From positions 1 through 60,394 of IMG/VR virus record IMGVR_UViG_3300037478_000635: a stretch of 60,394 nt of DNA. One strand, written 5' to 3'. The notes under the pieces are model-generated. The model was not told the DNA's origin and did no database searches. It saw nothing but the letters and a program-made list of their open reading frames with translations. Shown piece by piece: positions 25,479-35,319 of the stretch. The DNA is from a virus (lineage: Duplodnaviria > Caudoviricetes). The position numbers and the translations under genes were made by a program. The first letter of the stretch is position 1; every line of letters starts with the position of its first letter.

Positions 25479-28400
25479 GTGGCCGCCTGCCCCCCGGGCT
25501 GCTGTGCGGCGGCGACGGCACTGGTCATCGGCCGCGTCGGATCGAGATCGTCACTGCCGAAGGGCCGTACGAGCTGCGGCGTGGGGGTGCCCCAGGGCTG
25601 GATCACGACAGTTGTCTCCTCGCGGTAGAGCCAGAACGGCTCGTCGCTCGTCAGGAGGTACTTCACCAGCACGCCCTTGCCGGCCTGGAAGCTCTGGAAG
25701 TGGCTGACCTTCTCGCCGCCGGTGGCGGGGATCGTATAGGCCGTCGTCGTCCGCTTCGCCACCGATCCGGGCCGCGGCTGATTGTGCTGCACGATCAGGG
25801 TGAGCGTCACCGGCTGGGCCGACTTGAGCACCAGGTGCGCGTAGAGCGGCACGAACCAGCCGGGCAGCCCGTGGTTCTGCTCCTGCGTCTCCCAGCGGTC
25901 GAGCTGGAACGGCTCCTCGTCGAAGATCGGCTGGGCGCTGTAGAGCCGCCCCGGCTGGCCATCGACCGGGAACATCCGCCAGACGCGCCCGAGCACCTGC
26001 GCGGCCAGCGCCCGCTGGACGACCCGCCGGCCGCTGGCGTTGACCGTCAGCGTCTCGGCCGTCGTCCCGTCGACTTCGATTTGCACCTGCTTGTTCTGCC
26101 CGAAGGTGTCGCACTCGAAGATGACGGCCTTCAGCCACTTGTCGGCGCGCGTGCCGAAGATCGAGAAGTTCTGGTTCCAGTTGGCCTGCTCAGACGGCTC
26201 GGCCTCGAGGTGCCAGCGGTGCGAGTAGAGCAGCCCCGGGTGATCGTCGATCGCCAGGAAGCGGAAGACGTGCCCGCGCCCCCAGGGGAGGGTCAGGTGC
26301 ACGACGCGCCGCCCGGCGGCGACCACCGGCCAGTAGGGGAGGCCCGCGAGGGTGTTGTCGAGCCGCACGCCATCGACGTACACCTCGATCCGCTTCTCCT
26401 GCCCGCCGGTGTCGCAGTAGAGATCGAGCCCGGTGTAGTACTGATCCCAGGCGTTCTCGAAGTGGATGTCCCACTTCGCGATCCGGGGCGGCTCGGCCTG
26501 CCAGATCCAGTCGGCGCGGTAGAGGAGCCAGAACTCGCAGATCTCCGAGTCGGGGCGCACGCGCACCATCCGCGCGGGGACCGACGGCCACGAGAAGCTG
26601 ACTTTGTGCCGGCCGTCCGCCTCGACCGTCAGCGTGTCGACGATCGTCCGCTGGCCCTCGTAGTCGCGCTCGATGATGACCGACTTGGCGACCCCGCCGG
26701 TGTCGCAGTCGAAGGTGACGCCGCTCAGCCAGACTTCATCGGAGGCGCCGAGGTCGTCCCAGTTGGTGACCCGCCGGTTGGTGATGTCCGGCTGGAGCGT
26801 GACCGCCACGCCGGTCTGATAGAGCACGGGCTTGCCCGAGGCGGTCGCACCCCGCAGCTCCAGGCTCAGCGAATGCGCCTTCTGCGGCCCCTCACCGAAG
26901 GCGTCGAGGATGTAGCGCTGCCGGCCGGTCTCCTCGCTGATCGTCTGCGTCAGGTTGGTGACCGTCTCCTCGTTCAGGAAGTACTGCGTGGTGATCGTCT
27001 CGCCGGCGCGATCGAGATCGACGAAGGCGTCCCCGAAGAGCTTTTCGACGCGCGTGCCGCCGGAGACGGCGCCGGTGCGAATCGTCCAGGCAATCGCGAG
27101 CCCGTCGTCGCTGTCCCCCTCGAAGGTGTAGGTCGCGCCCTGGTTCAGCCCGCCGATGAGCAGCAGGTCCTCGTCCTCGCCCTGCAGCAGCGTCTGCGCC
27201 CGCCCGAAGGTGTAATGCCGCCAGAAGCGCTGGAGCAGCGAGTAGACGAGGACCTGCCGATCGCCGGCGGTGTCCTGGTAGGAGAAGTACAGCTTGTTCT
27301 CCCAGACGGTGAGGCGCAGGGCGAGGGTCGCCGCCTTGTCGATCGGGAGGAGGCCGTACTTCGCCACCCCGTCGAAGAGCGGCTGAATCTCCCGCGAGAT
27401 CCACTCTTCCGGGCCGCCCGTCGTCACGAAGATCCCGTCCTCGGCGACGAAGTAGAGCCCGCCGGGGCCGACGACCATCGCCCAGCGCCCGAGCAGGCCG
27501 CGCTTGCAGAGCGTGGGCGCTGAGGTGACCGTCCCGGCGATGCCGGTGAGGTTCGGGTAGAGCGCATAGAGGCGCTGGCGGCTGAAGACGAAGGCTTGCT
27601 GGCCGAGGAGGCCGCCGTGCATCAGCACCTCGGAGGGCGGGCAGACCTCCGTGTTGCCCGACGCGCTCCAATGGTCGGGCGCATCCGGCAGGCAGTAGTA
27701 GACGTGGCCGGGCCGGTACGGATCGCCGCAGCCGAAGAGCATCCCCTCGAGCGGCCCCCAGAGCACGGGGAGGGGCTGGGCCAGGACCGTGGTCCCGGCG
27801 TCGTCGACGGTGGGCACCGGCTCGAAGTGATCGATCGGGAGCGTGCCGGCGGCCGAGATCCCGTCGTCGGACTCGGTGGCCGTGAAGGCGCCCCCATCGG
27901 CGGCATTCTCCCCCTCGAAGTACCAGTCGTCGACCAGGCTCCCGCCCCGGCGATAGAACCGCTGCCGCACGGCGGCGTCGCCGAAGGGCTCCGGAAGGAC
28001 GGTCACCTGCCGGCGGAGGCTGTCGAGCCACGCGCTCTCGCTCATCTCCGGCGAGCCGTTGCCCTCGGCGCCGGTGCGGGGGTCGTAGTGGGTGTAGCGC
28101 CAGTCGTACTGCTGCGCGCCCGGCTCGACCGTATCCAGACCGAAGCCGCCCGTCAGGTAGAGCGACCCGACCGAGATGGCGTTGATCTGGTCCTCCGCCG
28201 TGAAGCTGGTGCGGACGTAGAGGACGATCCCGGTGATCGTCGCCCAGTCGCGGCCGGCGGTGTTGCCGACCCGTTGGAAGTCGCCGCGCCGCAGACTCAG
28301 CCCGATCGACCCCAGCTCGAACCACTGGTGGGCGCCCGTGCCGATTTGCAGGGACCGTGCACGCTGCGGATCGGCGACGGCCCGATCGATCTCCCACGAC

Positions 28401-29464
28401 AGCCGATCGTCGGCGATCCGGCGATCGATCAGGTCGCGGTCGCGCACCCCGTGGATGCGCGCGGTTTCTGCGGCCTCGATCTGGGTCTGCGTCGTCTGGA
28501 TGAACTGCACGAAGTCGGACTGCCGGAGCCCCTTGACGTAGGCGTCGGTGTTCTCGGTGACCGCCGTCCCCGGAAGGATCGCCGGATCGAACGTCGCCGA
28601 GCAGACCAGATAGAGGCGCACTTCCCGGATGCGTGCGGGATCGGCCGTCTTGATCCAGAAGTGGAGGATGTCGTCATCGGCGGCCGGACGGGTCCCGCCG
28701 CCGCCGCCCACCGGCGAGAGCTGCGACAGATCGCGCGTAAGAGGACAGCCCCACCAGGCGTAGTACGACCCGACGCTGGCGTTGCCGATCTGCGTCGTGA
28801 AGCCGACGGCCGGATCCCCGGCGGGCGTCGTCGAATCGTCGGCCGTCGTCGGCACGCCGCTCGGGTTCCCCTCCTCGTCCGCGCCCGCCGCGCCAGTCCA
28901 GTTGGCGGCGGCGGTGGCGTCACTCGCGTCGAAGTTGGCAATCGCCGTGCGGTACTCCGTGCCGAGGCTCGCGCCCGCGGCCTCCGTGGGCGCCGGCAGG
29001 CCGATGGGCAGATCGAGGCCGTCGGCGCGGACCTTCCGCATCCGGCTGCGATCGGCCACGAACATCCACGGGGCGCCAGAGAGCGGCGGGCGATGGGGCA
29101 AGAGCGTCAGCGGATCGCCGGAATAGCCGCTGTCGATCTCGGTGAGCGCGCCGCTCGCGCCGCGATACAGGCTGGTGTCGATGCCCCAGATCCGCGTCTC
29201 GGTGCCCGCCTGCTCGTCGCGCAGCTTGCGCACCGAATGGTGGACGGTGCCCCCGGTCGCCACGCTCGTCTGGCCCGGGCGCACGGCCGCCTCGCCCGTG
29301 TTCTCGTGATCGAGGTTGGTGTGCCGCGCCCAGCCGTCGAGCGCGTCGAGCGCGTCGCGCAGGTTCAGCCCCTTCGCGCCGAACCGCACGATCTGATTTT
29401 CAAACGGCGCCTCGAAGGCCGATCCCGTCACCGGGTTGGCGCGGCGCGACTGCTGCTCAGGCAC
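25475..29464 (-). CDS. tail nozzle/tubular protein B-like protein
   Basis: GLNLRD...N start, beta-propeller-like motifs (VYYCLPDAPDHW, LYFVAEDGIF, ISREIQPLF, LVYSLLQRFW), repeated C-terminal beta domains. Confidence 0.7.
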   Translation of the reverse strand: MPEQQSRRANPVTGSAFEAPFENQIVRFGAKGLNLRDALDALDGWARHTNLDHENTGEAAVRPGQTSVATGGTVHHSVRKLRDEQAGTETRIWGIDTSLYRGASGALTEIDSGYSGDPLTLLPHRPPLSGAPWMFVADRSRMRKVRADGLDLPIGLPAPTEAAGASLGTEYRTAIANFDASDATAAANWTGAAGADEEGNPSGVPTTADDSTTPAGDPAVGFTTQIGNASVGSYYAWWGCPLTRDLSQLSPVGGGGGTRPAADDDILHFWIKTADPARIREVRLYLVCSATFDPAILPGTAVTENTDAYVKGLRQSDFVQFIQTTQTQIEAAETARIHGVRDRDLIDRRIADDRLSWEIDRAVADPQRARSLQIGTGAHQWFELGSIGLSLRRGDFQRVGNTAGRDWATITGIVLYVRTSFTAEDQINAISVGSLYLTGGFGLDTVEPGAQQYDWRYTHYDPRTGAEGNGSPEMSESAWLDSLRRQVTVLPEPFGDAAVRQRFYRRGGSLVDDWYFEGENAADGGAFTATESDDGISAAGTLPIDHFEPVPTVDDAGTTVLAQPLPVLWGPLEGMLFGCGDPYRPGHVYYCLPDAPDHWSASGNTEVCPPSEVLMHGGLLGQQAFVFSRQRLYALYPNLTGIAGTVTSAPTLCKRGLLGRWAMVVGPGGLYFVAEDGIFVTTGGPEEWISREIQPLFDGVAKYGLLPIDKAATLALRLTVWENKLYFSYQDTAGDRQVLVYSLLQRFWRHYTFGRAQTLLQGEDEDLLLIGGLNQGATYTFEGDSDDGLAIAWTIRTGAVSGGTRVEKLFGDAFVDLDRAGETITTQYFLNEETVTNLTQTISEETGRQRYILDAFGEGPQKAHSLSLELRGATASGKPVLYQTGVAVTLQPDITNRRVTNWDDLGASDEVWLSGVTFDCDTGGVAKSVIIERDYEGQRTIVDTLTVEADGRHKVSFSWPSVPARMVRVRPDSEICEFWLLYRADWIWQAEPPRIAKWDIHFENAWDQYYTGLDLYCDTGGQEKRIEVYVDGVRLDNTLAGLPYWPVVAAGRRVVHLTLPWGRGHVFRFLAIDDHPGLLYSHRWHLEAEPSEQANWNQNFSIFGTRADKWLKAVIFECDTFGQNKQVQIEVDGTTAETLTVNASGRRVVQRALAAQVLGRVWRMFPVDGQPGRLYSAQPIFDEEPFQLDRWETQEQNHGLPGWFVPLYAHLVLKSAQPVTLTLIVQHNQPRPGSVAKRTTTAYTIPATGGEKVSHFQSFQAGKGVLVKYLLTSDEPFWLYREETTVVIQPWGTPTPQLVRPFGSDDLDPTRPMTSAVAAAQQPGGQAAT

Positions 29465-29669
29465 GGGCGGCCTCCCGGATCGTGTCCGACGCCTCGAAGT
29501 ACTCGCGGGCGTCGTAGCTGTGATGGACGATGCGGCTGCCGTCGGGGCCGTCCTCGAGGATCGCCGGCCGGCAGAGGCACTGGCGCAGCGGCAGGTGCGC
29601 GTAGCTGTCGGCGATCGGCAGGATGTGCACGTCGTCGCCGACAGACCGCCGCTCCCAGGCCGGCGTCAT
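29457..29669 (-). CDS. small His/Cys protein
   Basis: GGAGG RBS; VHILP..D...H....CLCRP....VHHSYDARE. Confidence 0.6.
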   Translation of the reverse strand: MTPAWERRSVGDDVHILPIADSYAHLPLRQCLCRPAILEDGPDGSRIVHHSYDAREYFEASDTIREAARA

Positions 29670-30298
29670 GCCCAGCCTCCGAGGATCGTCTTGGTGAGCA
29701 GGACGGTCAGCTGGTACCGGCGCGCGCAGTAGGCGGCACGCTCGGGGTCGAGCAGCCGCCCGACCTTCCGCAGGAGCGGCTCGAGCGTGCCGTACTTCAC
29801 GCCGGAGAGGAACTCCTCCGGGATCGCGAGCGTCGCGCCCGCCCCGTGGACGTCGGCCGACCGCGCGACGTAGATCAGCTCGAGCGTGCCGTCCGCGTCC
29901 GGCCGCGGGATCAGCTGCAGCGTCAGCGTCTCGGCCTCGAAGTCGCTGTAGGCGAGCGGCGTCCCCGCCGTCGTCTCCCAGCTCGGCAGGGCGTGGTCGC
30001 CCTCGAAGCGATCGGCGGGCCCCAGCGGCGTGCGCACGCCCCCGGCGCTGCGCCAGACGCCCGTGGCGGTCGCCAGATGGTCGGCGGGCAGCGTCACCAC
30101 ACCGGCGTCGGCGGCGAGACTGGCCAGCTCCGTGCGCGTGACGATCGCGTGCGTGTCGCGCAGCCACCCCCAGATCACCCGGTTGACGTGGCCGAGGACC
30201 TCGGCGCGCGTCCAGACTTCGGAGGGCCAGGACTGCCCGCCGTCGGGGGGCTCGAACAGCGCATACTGCAGCTCGGAGAGCAGGGCTTGATCGATCAT
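29666..30298 (-). CDS. head-tail adaptor/ring protein-like
   Basis: WTRAEVLGHVN, WETTAGTP, LQLIPRPD, IPEEF...VKYG helical-beta-helical layout. Confidence 0.65.
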   Translation of the reverse strand: MIDQALLSELQYALFEPPDGGQSWPSEVWTRAEVLGHVNRVIWGWLRDTHAIVTRTELASLAADAGVVTLPADHLATATGVWRSAGGVRTPLGPADRFEGDHALPSWETTAGTPLAYSDFEAETLTLQLIPRPDADGTLELIYVARSADVHGAGATLAIPEEFLSGVKYGTLEPLLRKVGRLLDPERAAYCARRYQLTVLLTKTILGGWA

Positions 30299-31020
30299 GA
30301 GGTCTGGGCCTCTCCCAGTCCATCGATCTGCGTCGGGACGTCCTTGGTCGGCTGCATGTCGCGGCGTCGATCGAGCCCGGCGAAGCGCCGATAGGCTTGG
30401 CTGACCTTCAGTAGGCTGTTCTCCTGGGCCGCCAGCCGCAGGAACGTCTGGAAGGCCGGGAGCGTCGCCCGCCAGCGCGGCCCGCCTTCCTTGAAGGCCG
30501 CGACGTGCAGCGCGTAGTCGAGCAGCGGATCATGGATCTCCTCGCCGAGATCGACCGTGTCAGCGGCCTCGACGAGGACCGGGGTCGCGGCGATCCCCTG
30601 CACGATCAGGTTATTCGATCCGCCCCCCGCCGTCGCCGGCCAGATCGCGATGCGCTGCAGCGAGATCGGCGCCCAGAGGGTCGGCGTCGTCGGCACGGCC
30701 CCACCCGAGGCCGTCGTCTCGCTGCGCCAGGTCGGGCGACCGAGATCGAGCTCCAGCACGGAGGTCGGGAAGAGCGGGGCGCCGGTCACGAGCTTCACGC
30801 GCGTCCCGTAGATCAAGCTGGCCGCGAGCGCGTACTCGACGGTCCCGGCGCCGGTCGAGATCGTCTGGTCCGCCCGCCACCGGCCGACGAGCAGGTTCCA
30901 GTCACGCAGCGCCTCGTTGATCGCCAGCCGCGCTTCCTCCGCCGTCCAGAAGACGGCCCCGTCCCAGCGATCCTGCATCAGGATCGTCATGTCGGCGAGC
31001 GTGACGGTCGTGTAGGCCAT
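30295..31020 (-). CDS. head-tail adaptor/ring protein-like (paralog)
   Basis: WTAEEARLAINEAL, GTVEYAL, IAIWPA, LLDYALHVAAFKEG. Confidence 0.65.
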   Translation of the reverse strand: MAYTTVTLADMTILMQDRWDGAVFWTAEEARLAINEALRDWNLLVGRWRADQTISTGAGTVEYALAASLIYGTRVKLVTGAPLFPTSVLELDLGRPTWRSETTASGGAVPTTPTLWAPISLQRIAIWPATAGGGSNNLIVQGIAATPVLVEAADTVDLGEEIHDPLLDYALHVAAFKEGGPRWRATLPAFQTFLRLAAQENSLLKVSQAYRRFAGLDRRRDMQPTKDVPTQIDGLGEAQTS

Positions 31021-31451
31021 CAGGATCCCTCACCGATCACCGGCACAGGGCAGCTGGGCCCGCCGGCCGGATCGTCGCCGGGGGCCGGGCAGGGCTGAGG
31101 GAGCGGCGGCACGAAGACGAAGCAGCCGAACGGGTAGGCGATCTCGACGGCGATCTGCGACACGCGCGTCCACCGGATCGCGACGGCGTACTGAAACGCC
31201 GCCTCGACGGGCAGCTGCGAGGTGCGCGTGAGGACCGAGGCGTACTGCGTCGCATGCTCGACCGGGATCTGGCTGACCCGGACCGGCTGGCCGCTGGCGT
31301 CGATGATCGGCGCAAACGCCTGCACCGGTGCATAGATCGTCTGGCGGTGCGGGACGCGATCCGGGTAGGTCGGCAGCCACGTGGCGATTGGCGGCGCCGG
31401 CAGCGTCTCGTGCGCGGGCGGGGCGGCGCGCGATTGATACTGGAAGATCAC
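31020..31451 (-). CDS. structural protein with three RxSQxxVE repeats
   Basis: VRVSQIPVE, TRTSQLPVE, TRVSQIAVE; also WLPTYPDRVPH. Confidence 0.6.
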   Translation of the reverse strand: MIFQYQSRAAPPAHETLPAPPIATWLPTYPDRVPHRQTIYAPVQAFAPIIDASGQPVRVSQIPVEHATQYASVLTRTSQLPVEAAFQYAVAIRWTRVSQIAVEIAYPFGCFVFVPPLPQPCPAPGDDPAGGPSCPVPVIGEGS

Positions 31452-31461
31452 GCATCGGCCC

Positions 31462-32514
31462 TCAGAGCGCGAGGCGCACGCCGAACTCCGCGTTGTTGAC
31501 GTCTGGAATCGTCCACGCCAGCCCGGTGCCCGGGTTGGTCTCGAAGAGTTCCAGCAGGTAGAGGTAGCTGGCGAAGCTCGGCGGCTGGCTCGCGCCCGAG
31601 TAGGTCGTGCCGGCGTGGCGAATCAGCGGCGCAACCTCGCGGAAGCCCGAGTCGGTTTTCCGCGCGTAGAGGCCGATCTGCACGCCGAAGATCGTCCCCG
31701 AGGGGAGCCCCGTGTTCTCGTAGAGTTCGGTGTCGTGCTCGCCCGCCGTCGCCGTATGGATGTAGGAGGTATCGCCGTCGGGGCTGTCGCCGTCATCGAC
31801 CGCCTCCCAGTGCGAGGGCTTGCCCACCAGCGCCCAGTCCTGATGAAAGCCGGCGGCGGTCGGCCGGAGGTACTCCACCCGCGTGTCGCCGAGAAAGGCG
31901 TTGTTGGGCGCGCCACCCGCGTCGTCGAGCACGTAGAGATCGTCGACGAGGTAGTTGATGTTGGCCGAGCAGAGCAGGATGATGCCGCTGGGCGTCGTCG
32001 ACGTCCCCGCCGCATTCGCTACCGTGTCGATGCCCGTGAGGGTGACGATCTCCACGCCATTCACCCGGAACTGGATCTCGCCGACCGTGTTGCTGAGCAC
32101 CCAGCGCAGCTCGAGGTAGTACCAGTTGCCGACCCGAACGGTGTCCGGGGCCGTCGTCGCGAGCGTGACCGGGGTGAGATCCTGCCGCTGGATGCGGATG
32201 GCGCCATCGAGCAGCCGCGCCAGCGACAGCGTCACGAAGCCGGCCCCCGCCGTGAGCACCTGGAAGAACGTCCCGGCGGAGGTGGTCTGCTCGGTGACCT
32301 GGAACGCGAACCCGGCGATGCCCATCGATCCCGCAAATGGGAGGCCCTTGACCAGCGAGATGCCCGCGCCGCCGCCGACGCGCAGGGCGTTGGTGTCGCA
32401 GCGCCCCACGTCCTCGACAATCGTGTGCGCGCCCGGGGTGCTCAGCGTCGACCACTTCGAGGTGATCTGCGCTGTCTGGTAGTGATCGAAGCTGTCGATG
32501 AACCTCAGCGCCAT
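31462..32514 (-). CDS. LamG/concanavalin-like virion fibre protein
   Basis: FIDSFDHY, WYYLEL, IQFRVNG, VDDLYVLD beta-sandwich pattern. Confidence 0.7.
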   Translation of the reverse strand: MALRFIDSFDHYQTAQITSKWSTLSTPGAHTIVEDVGRCDTNALRVGGGAGISLVKGLPFAGSMGIAGFAFQVTEQTTSAGTFFQVLTAGAGFVTLSLARLLDGAIRIQRQDLTPVTLATTAPDTVRVGNWYYLELRWVLSNTVGEIQFRVNGVEIVTLTGIDTVANAAGTSTTPSGIILLCSANINYLVDDLYVLDDAGGAPNNAFLGDTRVEYLRPTAAGFHQDWALVGKPSHWEAVDDGDSPDGDTSYIHTATAGEHDTELYENTGLPSGTIFGVQIGLYARKTDSGFREVAPLIRHAGTTYSGASQPPSFASYLYLLELFETNPGTGLAWTIPDVNNAEFGVRLAL

Positions 32515-32517
32515 GGC

Positions 32518-32892
32518 TCAGCTCACCCGATGGAGGTTGCGCACCAGGAGCACGACCTCGTGCTTGCCCGCGCCGCTCGGCCATGTCCACTCGAAGAGCG
32601 CGAGGTGGCGCTCGAACGGGATGTCTTCGACCAGCGTCGTGTCCGCGACCTGCACCGTCCAGGTGAGCAGGCCCGCCGCGCTCACCGTGACGTTGTTCAT
32701 GTTCAGGACGTTCTGGGCGTTCCGGCTGTTGACGATGCCGTCGGTGCCGTCCTGCTTGATCACGTAGAGGGTGAGGGCGAGGGTCGAGAGGGTCGCGCCC
32801 GGCAAGGGCGTCACCCCGTCGTTGCCGACGATCGTGGCGGTGTAGCGCCCGGTCTCCTGCTCGTCGATGGGGAAGGTCTGCGGATCAGGCAT
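32518..32892 (-). CDS. BppU-N/Ig-like structural protein
   Basis: All-beta; GLLTWTVQVADT...FEWTWPSG. Confidence 0.55.
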   Translation of the reverse strand: MPDPQTFPIDEQETGRYTATIVGNDGVTPLPGATLSTLALTLYVIKQDGTDGIVNSRNAQNVLNMNNVTVSAAGLLTWTVQVADTTLVEDIPFERHLALFEWTWPSGAGKHEVVLLVRNLHRVS

Positions 32893-33482
32893 CAGCAGAG
32901 ATCCTCATCGATGAGGGCGGGGCTGCCAAGCCCCTCGTTGAGCAGGCGCGGGTGGGTGAGCGTGGCGGCGGTGAGCGTGGGCGAGGTGAGCGTGTCGGCG
33001 GCGAGATCGGTGCAGACGACCGCGGCGGCGGGAATCGACGGATCGACTGTCCAGAGCAGGCCCCCGGTCCAGACGGGCGGCGGGCGGTGCGGCACGCGGT
33101 CGGGGAAGCGCGCCTGCCAGCCCAGCCGCTGCGCGGTCACGACGAACTGGCCGAGCGGTGCGGCAGACGACGTCGGGTGCGCGCCCAGCGGCGTCCGGCG
33201 GGTCGGCACCTGCGGAGGCGCCCAGCCCTGCCAGACGAGCGGATGCACGCCGCCCACGGCCCACGCGCCGGCCGAGGCGCCGGTCTGCTCGCGCGTCGTC
33301 GTCAGGTGCGGCACGCGATCGGGGAACGTCGGGAAGTAGGTCAGCGACGCGAGATCGTCCGGCACCGGGAAGATGGCTGGGGTGTGCGGTGGCTGGCTGG
33401 CGAGGACGGGCGCGGGCGTCCGGCGCGGAGGCGGCGGGCGATCCGGGTAGGACGGGAGCCAGTCGTCGGGGGGGAAGCTCAT
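32892..33482 (-). CDS. Pro-rich structural protein with PDRVPH repeats
   Basis: WLPSYPDRP, YFPTFPDRVPH, WQARFPDRVPH; coupled to both neighbours. Confidence 0.6.
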   Translation of the reverse strand: MSFPPDDWLPSYPDRPPPPRRTPAPVLASQPPHTPAIFPVPDDLASLTYFPTFPDRVPHLTTTREQTGASAGAWAVGGVHPLVWQGWAPPQVPTRRTPLGAHPTSSAAPLGQFVVTAQRLGWQARFPDRVPHRPPPVWTGGLLWTVDPSIPAAAVVCTDLAADTLTSPTLTAATLTHPRLLNEGLGSPALIDEDLC

Positions 33483-34531
33483 AGCTCACCGTAGGGGACG
33501 ACGATCCGACGGCGGTGTGGGAGATCACTCCACGCCGCGAAGAAGTCAGGCACGTCGAGGTCAACGAACTCATCCGCCCCGATGTCCCAGGCATCCCCCT
33601 CCGCATCACGATCGCGGCCGTCGATGTCGATGTTCACGCCCGCTGGCGAGGTGCCGAGATCTGTTCCCGCGTCGATGCAGACGGAGCCGGCCTTGAGGTG
33701 CAAGTCCTCGCTGCCCACGACGGTGGAGACGTACTGATCGGCCGTGACGATCTCGGTCAGGCTGCCCGTGCCGCTGGCGGTGGTGTCGGAGGAGGCGTTG
33801 TGAGACCGTTGATTATTTGCCGCAGTATTGAAATCAACGAGCGACCCCGACGACGTTCCGCCAGTTGCCGTCGCTGCGACGTTTTTCGTGACCGACGTGA
33901 AACCATTGTCTGTGCGGACTGCGACCGCTTCCCCTGAGCCGTTGTCGCTTGTCACGCCGTGAACAGTGACGTTCAGCAACTTGGCGGTCCCTGCATTATC
34001 AGAACTAATGCCGTACGCTGCACCAGTGCCTGTGTGGCTGTTGACGAGGCCGTAGCAGATGCAATTGAGAATGTCGCACGGCTTGTCTTGGCGAAACCCG
34101 ACGATGAATGTTTTGTTGGCGGCAATCCCGTGGACTAGCAATCGGCGCAGCGTATGTGTGCCGGTACCCGATCCGAACACGATTTGCGTCGTATCTTTGT
34201 CGCCTGCGTCGAGTTCGAGGCCGTCCACGGTTGCTGGCACTTGCACCGCGAGAACGGTCGTCGTCGCCGCGCTCCGGACGATCCGCGCCCCTGTTCCCGC
34301 CGTGCCGTCGTGCCGCTCGCCCTCGGCCACCGTAAGCGTCACCGATGCCAGCCCGACCGTGCCGCCGCCGTTGATCGTCACCGACTCGTCGAACACTGAG
34401 TCGTCGTAGCACTCGCCTACCGCGTCGTCTCCAGACGAGTAGACGGCACCGTTGTCAAGATCGGCTTCATGGGCGGTGATGGTGGAGTAGTCCCTGGTTG
34501 CCGTGCCGATCGATTTAGTGATCGTCGGCAC
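33479..34531 (-). CDS. right-handed beta-helix (pectin-lyase-like) virion protein, candidate receptor-binding protein
   Basis: DYSTI, Asn/Thr ladders (ILNCICY, LLNVTV, TKNVAA), DLHLKAGSVCIDAG...DIDG..R...WDIGADE tail. Confidence 0.72.
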   Translation of the reverse strand: MPTITKSIGTATRDYSTITAHEADLDNGAVYSSGDDAVGECYDDSVFDESVTINGGGTVGLASVTLTVAEGERHDGTAGTGARIVRSAATTTVLAVQVPATVDGLELDAGDKDTTQIVFGSGTGTHTLRRLLVHGIAANKTFIVGFRQDKPCDILNCICYGLVNSHTGTGAAYGISSDNAGTAKLLNVTVHGVTSDNGSGEAVAVRTDNGFTSVTKNVAATATGGTSSGSLVDFNTAANNQRSHNASSDTTASGTGSLTEIVTADQYVSTVVGSEDLHLKAGSVCIDAGTDLGTSPAGVNIDIDGRDRDAEGDAWDIGADEFVDLDVPDFFAAWSDLPHRRRIVVPYGEL

Positions 34532-35319
34532 TAGCGCACCAGATCCTTCGTGACAACACGATCCTTCGTCACGACTACATCAGCTAGAAGATGCTCCATC
34601 CGCGCTCGATCATCGAAGTCCTGCTGAGAGTCGCGCACACGCGACATGTCGGTAGCGGACAGGCCCAGCAACGAGAGATCGACGCGCCGCTGGCGTCGTT
34701 GCACCGTGACGATGTTCTCGGGATCACTGGTGTCGAGTTCGGGCGCGATCAACGTCTCGGCCGTCGCGTCATCAAACTCAACTACCTGGATCGGCAGATG
34801 CGAGCGAATGTCGAGCCGCCCCATCGGCCACTGTTGGAACTCGGCCTCCGTTTCCAGGCGTGCTGTCTTGGCTTCAATGGCCTGCCAGACGAGGGAGAGC
34901 TTCGCATCGCTGCGATCCGTCTTTCCGCCGTACCACTGCTCGCTGCCAGGCGTGCCGAAGAGGCCATGCCGAGAATGACGCTTCCTTCGGCGCACGAACA
35001 GATCCACGTCCATCTGCTGGCGCTGACCGTCCACCTCGACAGGCACCGCGCCGGACCGCACCCGCGCACCCGTGGCAATCTCGACCCGCTCGATCTCTGT
35101 TCGGCTCACGCGCTCGAAGCGATACTGGCAGCACGCCTCACGGAGATCCCGCGCCAGCGCGTCCACTGGCCGGAGCCCATCGCGCGTGAACCCGGCCAAG
35201 CCCAGGTGGCACAGATGCTCGGCATGCACGCAGCGAATCCGGCGGCGGTTGAACGCGCCCAGGATGTCCCCATCGGCGTAGCCGTTCGAGGCCCCGACTT
35301 TCAGCAGGAGATCAGCCAT
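34531..35319 (-). CDS. hypothetical protein
   Basis: Long ORF coupled to both neighbours; less GC3-biased than flanks. Confidence 0.65.
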   Translation of the reverse strand: MADLLLKVGASNGYADGDILGAFNRRRIRCVHAEHLCHLGLAGFTRDGLRPVDALARDLREACCQYRFERVSRTEIERVEIATGARVRSGAVPVEVDGQRQQMDVDLFVRRRKRHSRHGLFGTPGSEQWYGGKTDRSDAKLSLVWQAIEAKTARLETEAEFQQWPMGRLDIRSHLPIQVVEFDDATAETLIAPELDTSDPENIVTVQRRQRRVDLSLLGLSATDMSRVRDSQQDFDDRARMEHLLADVVVTKDRVVTKDLVR

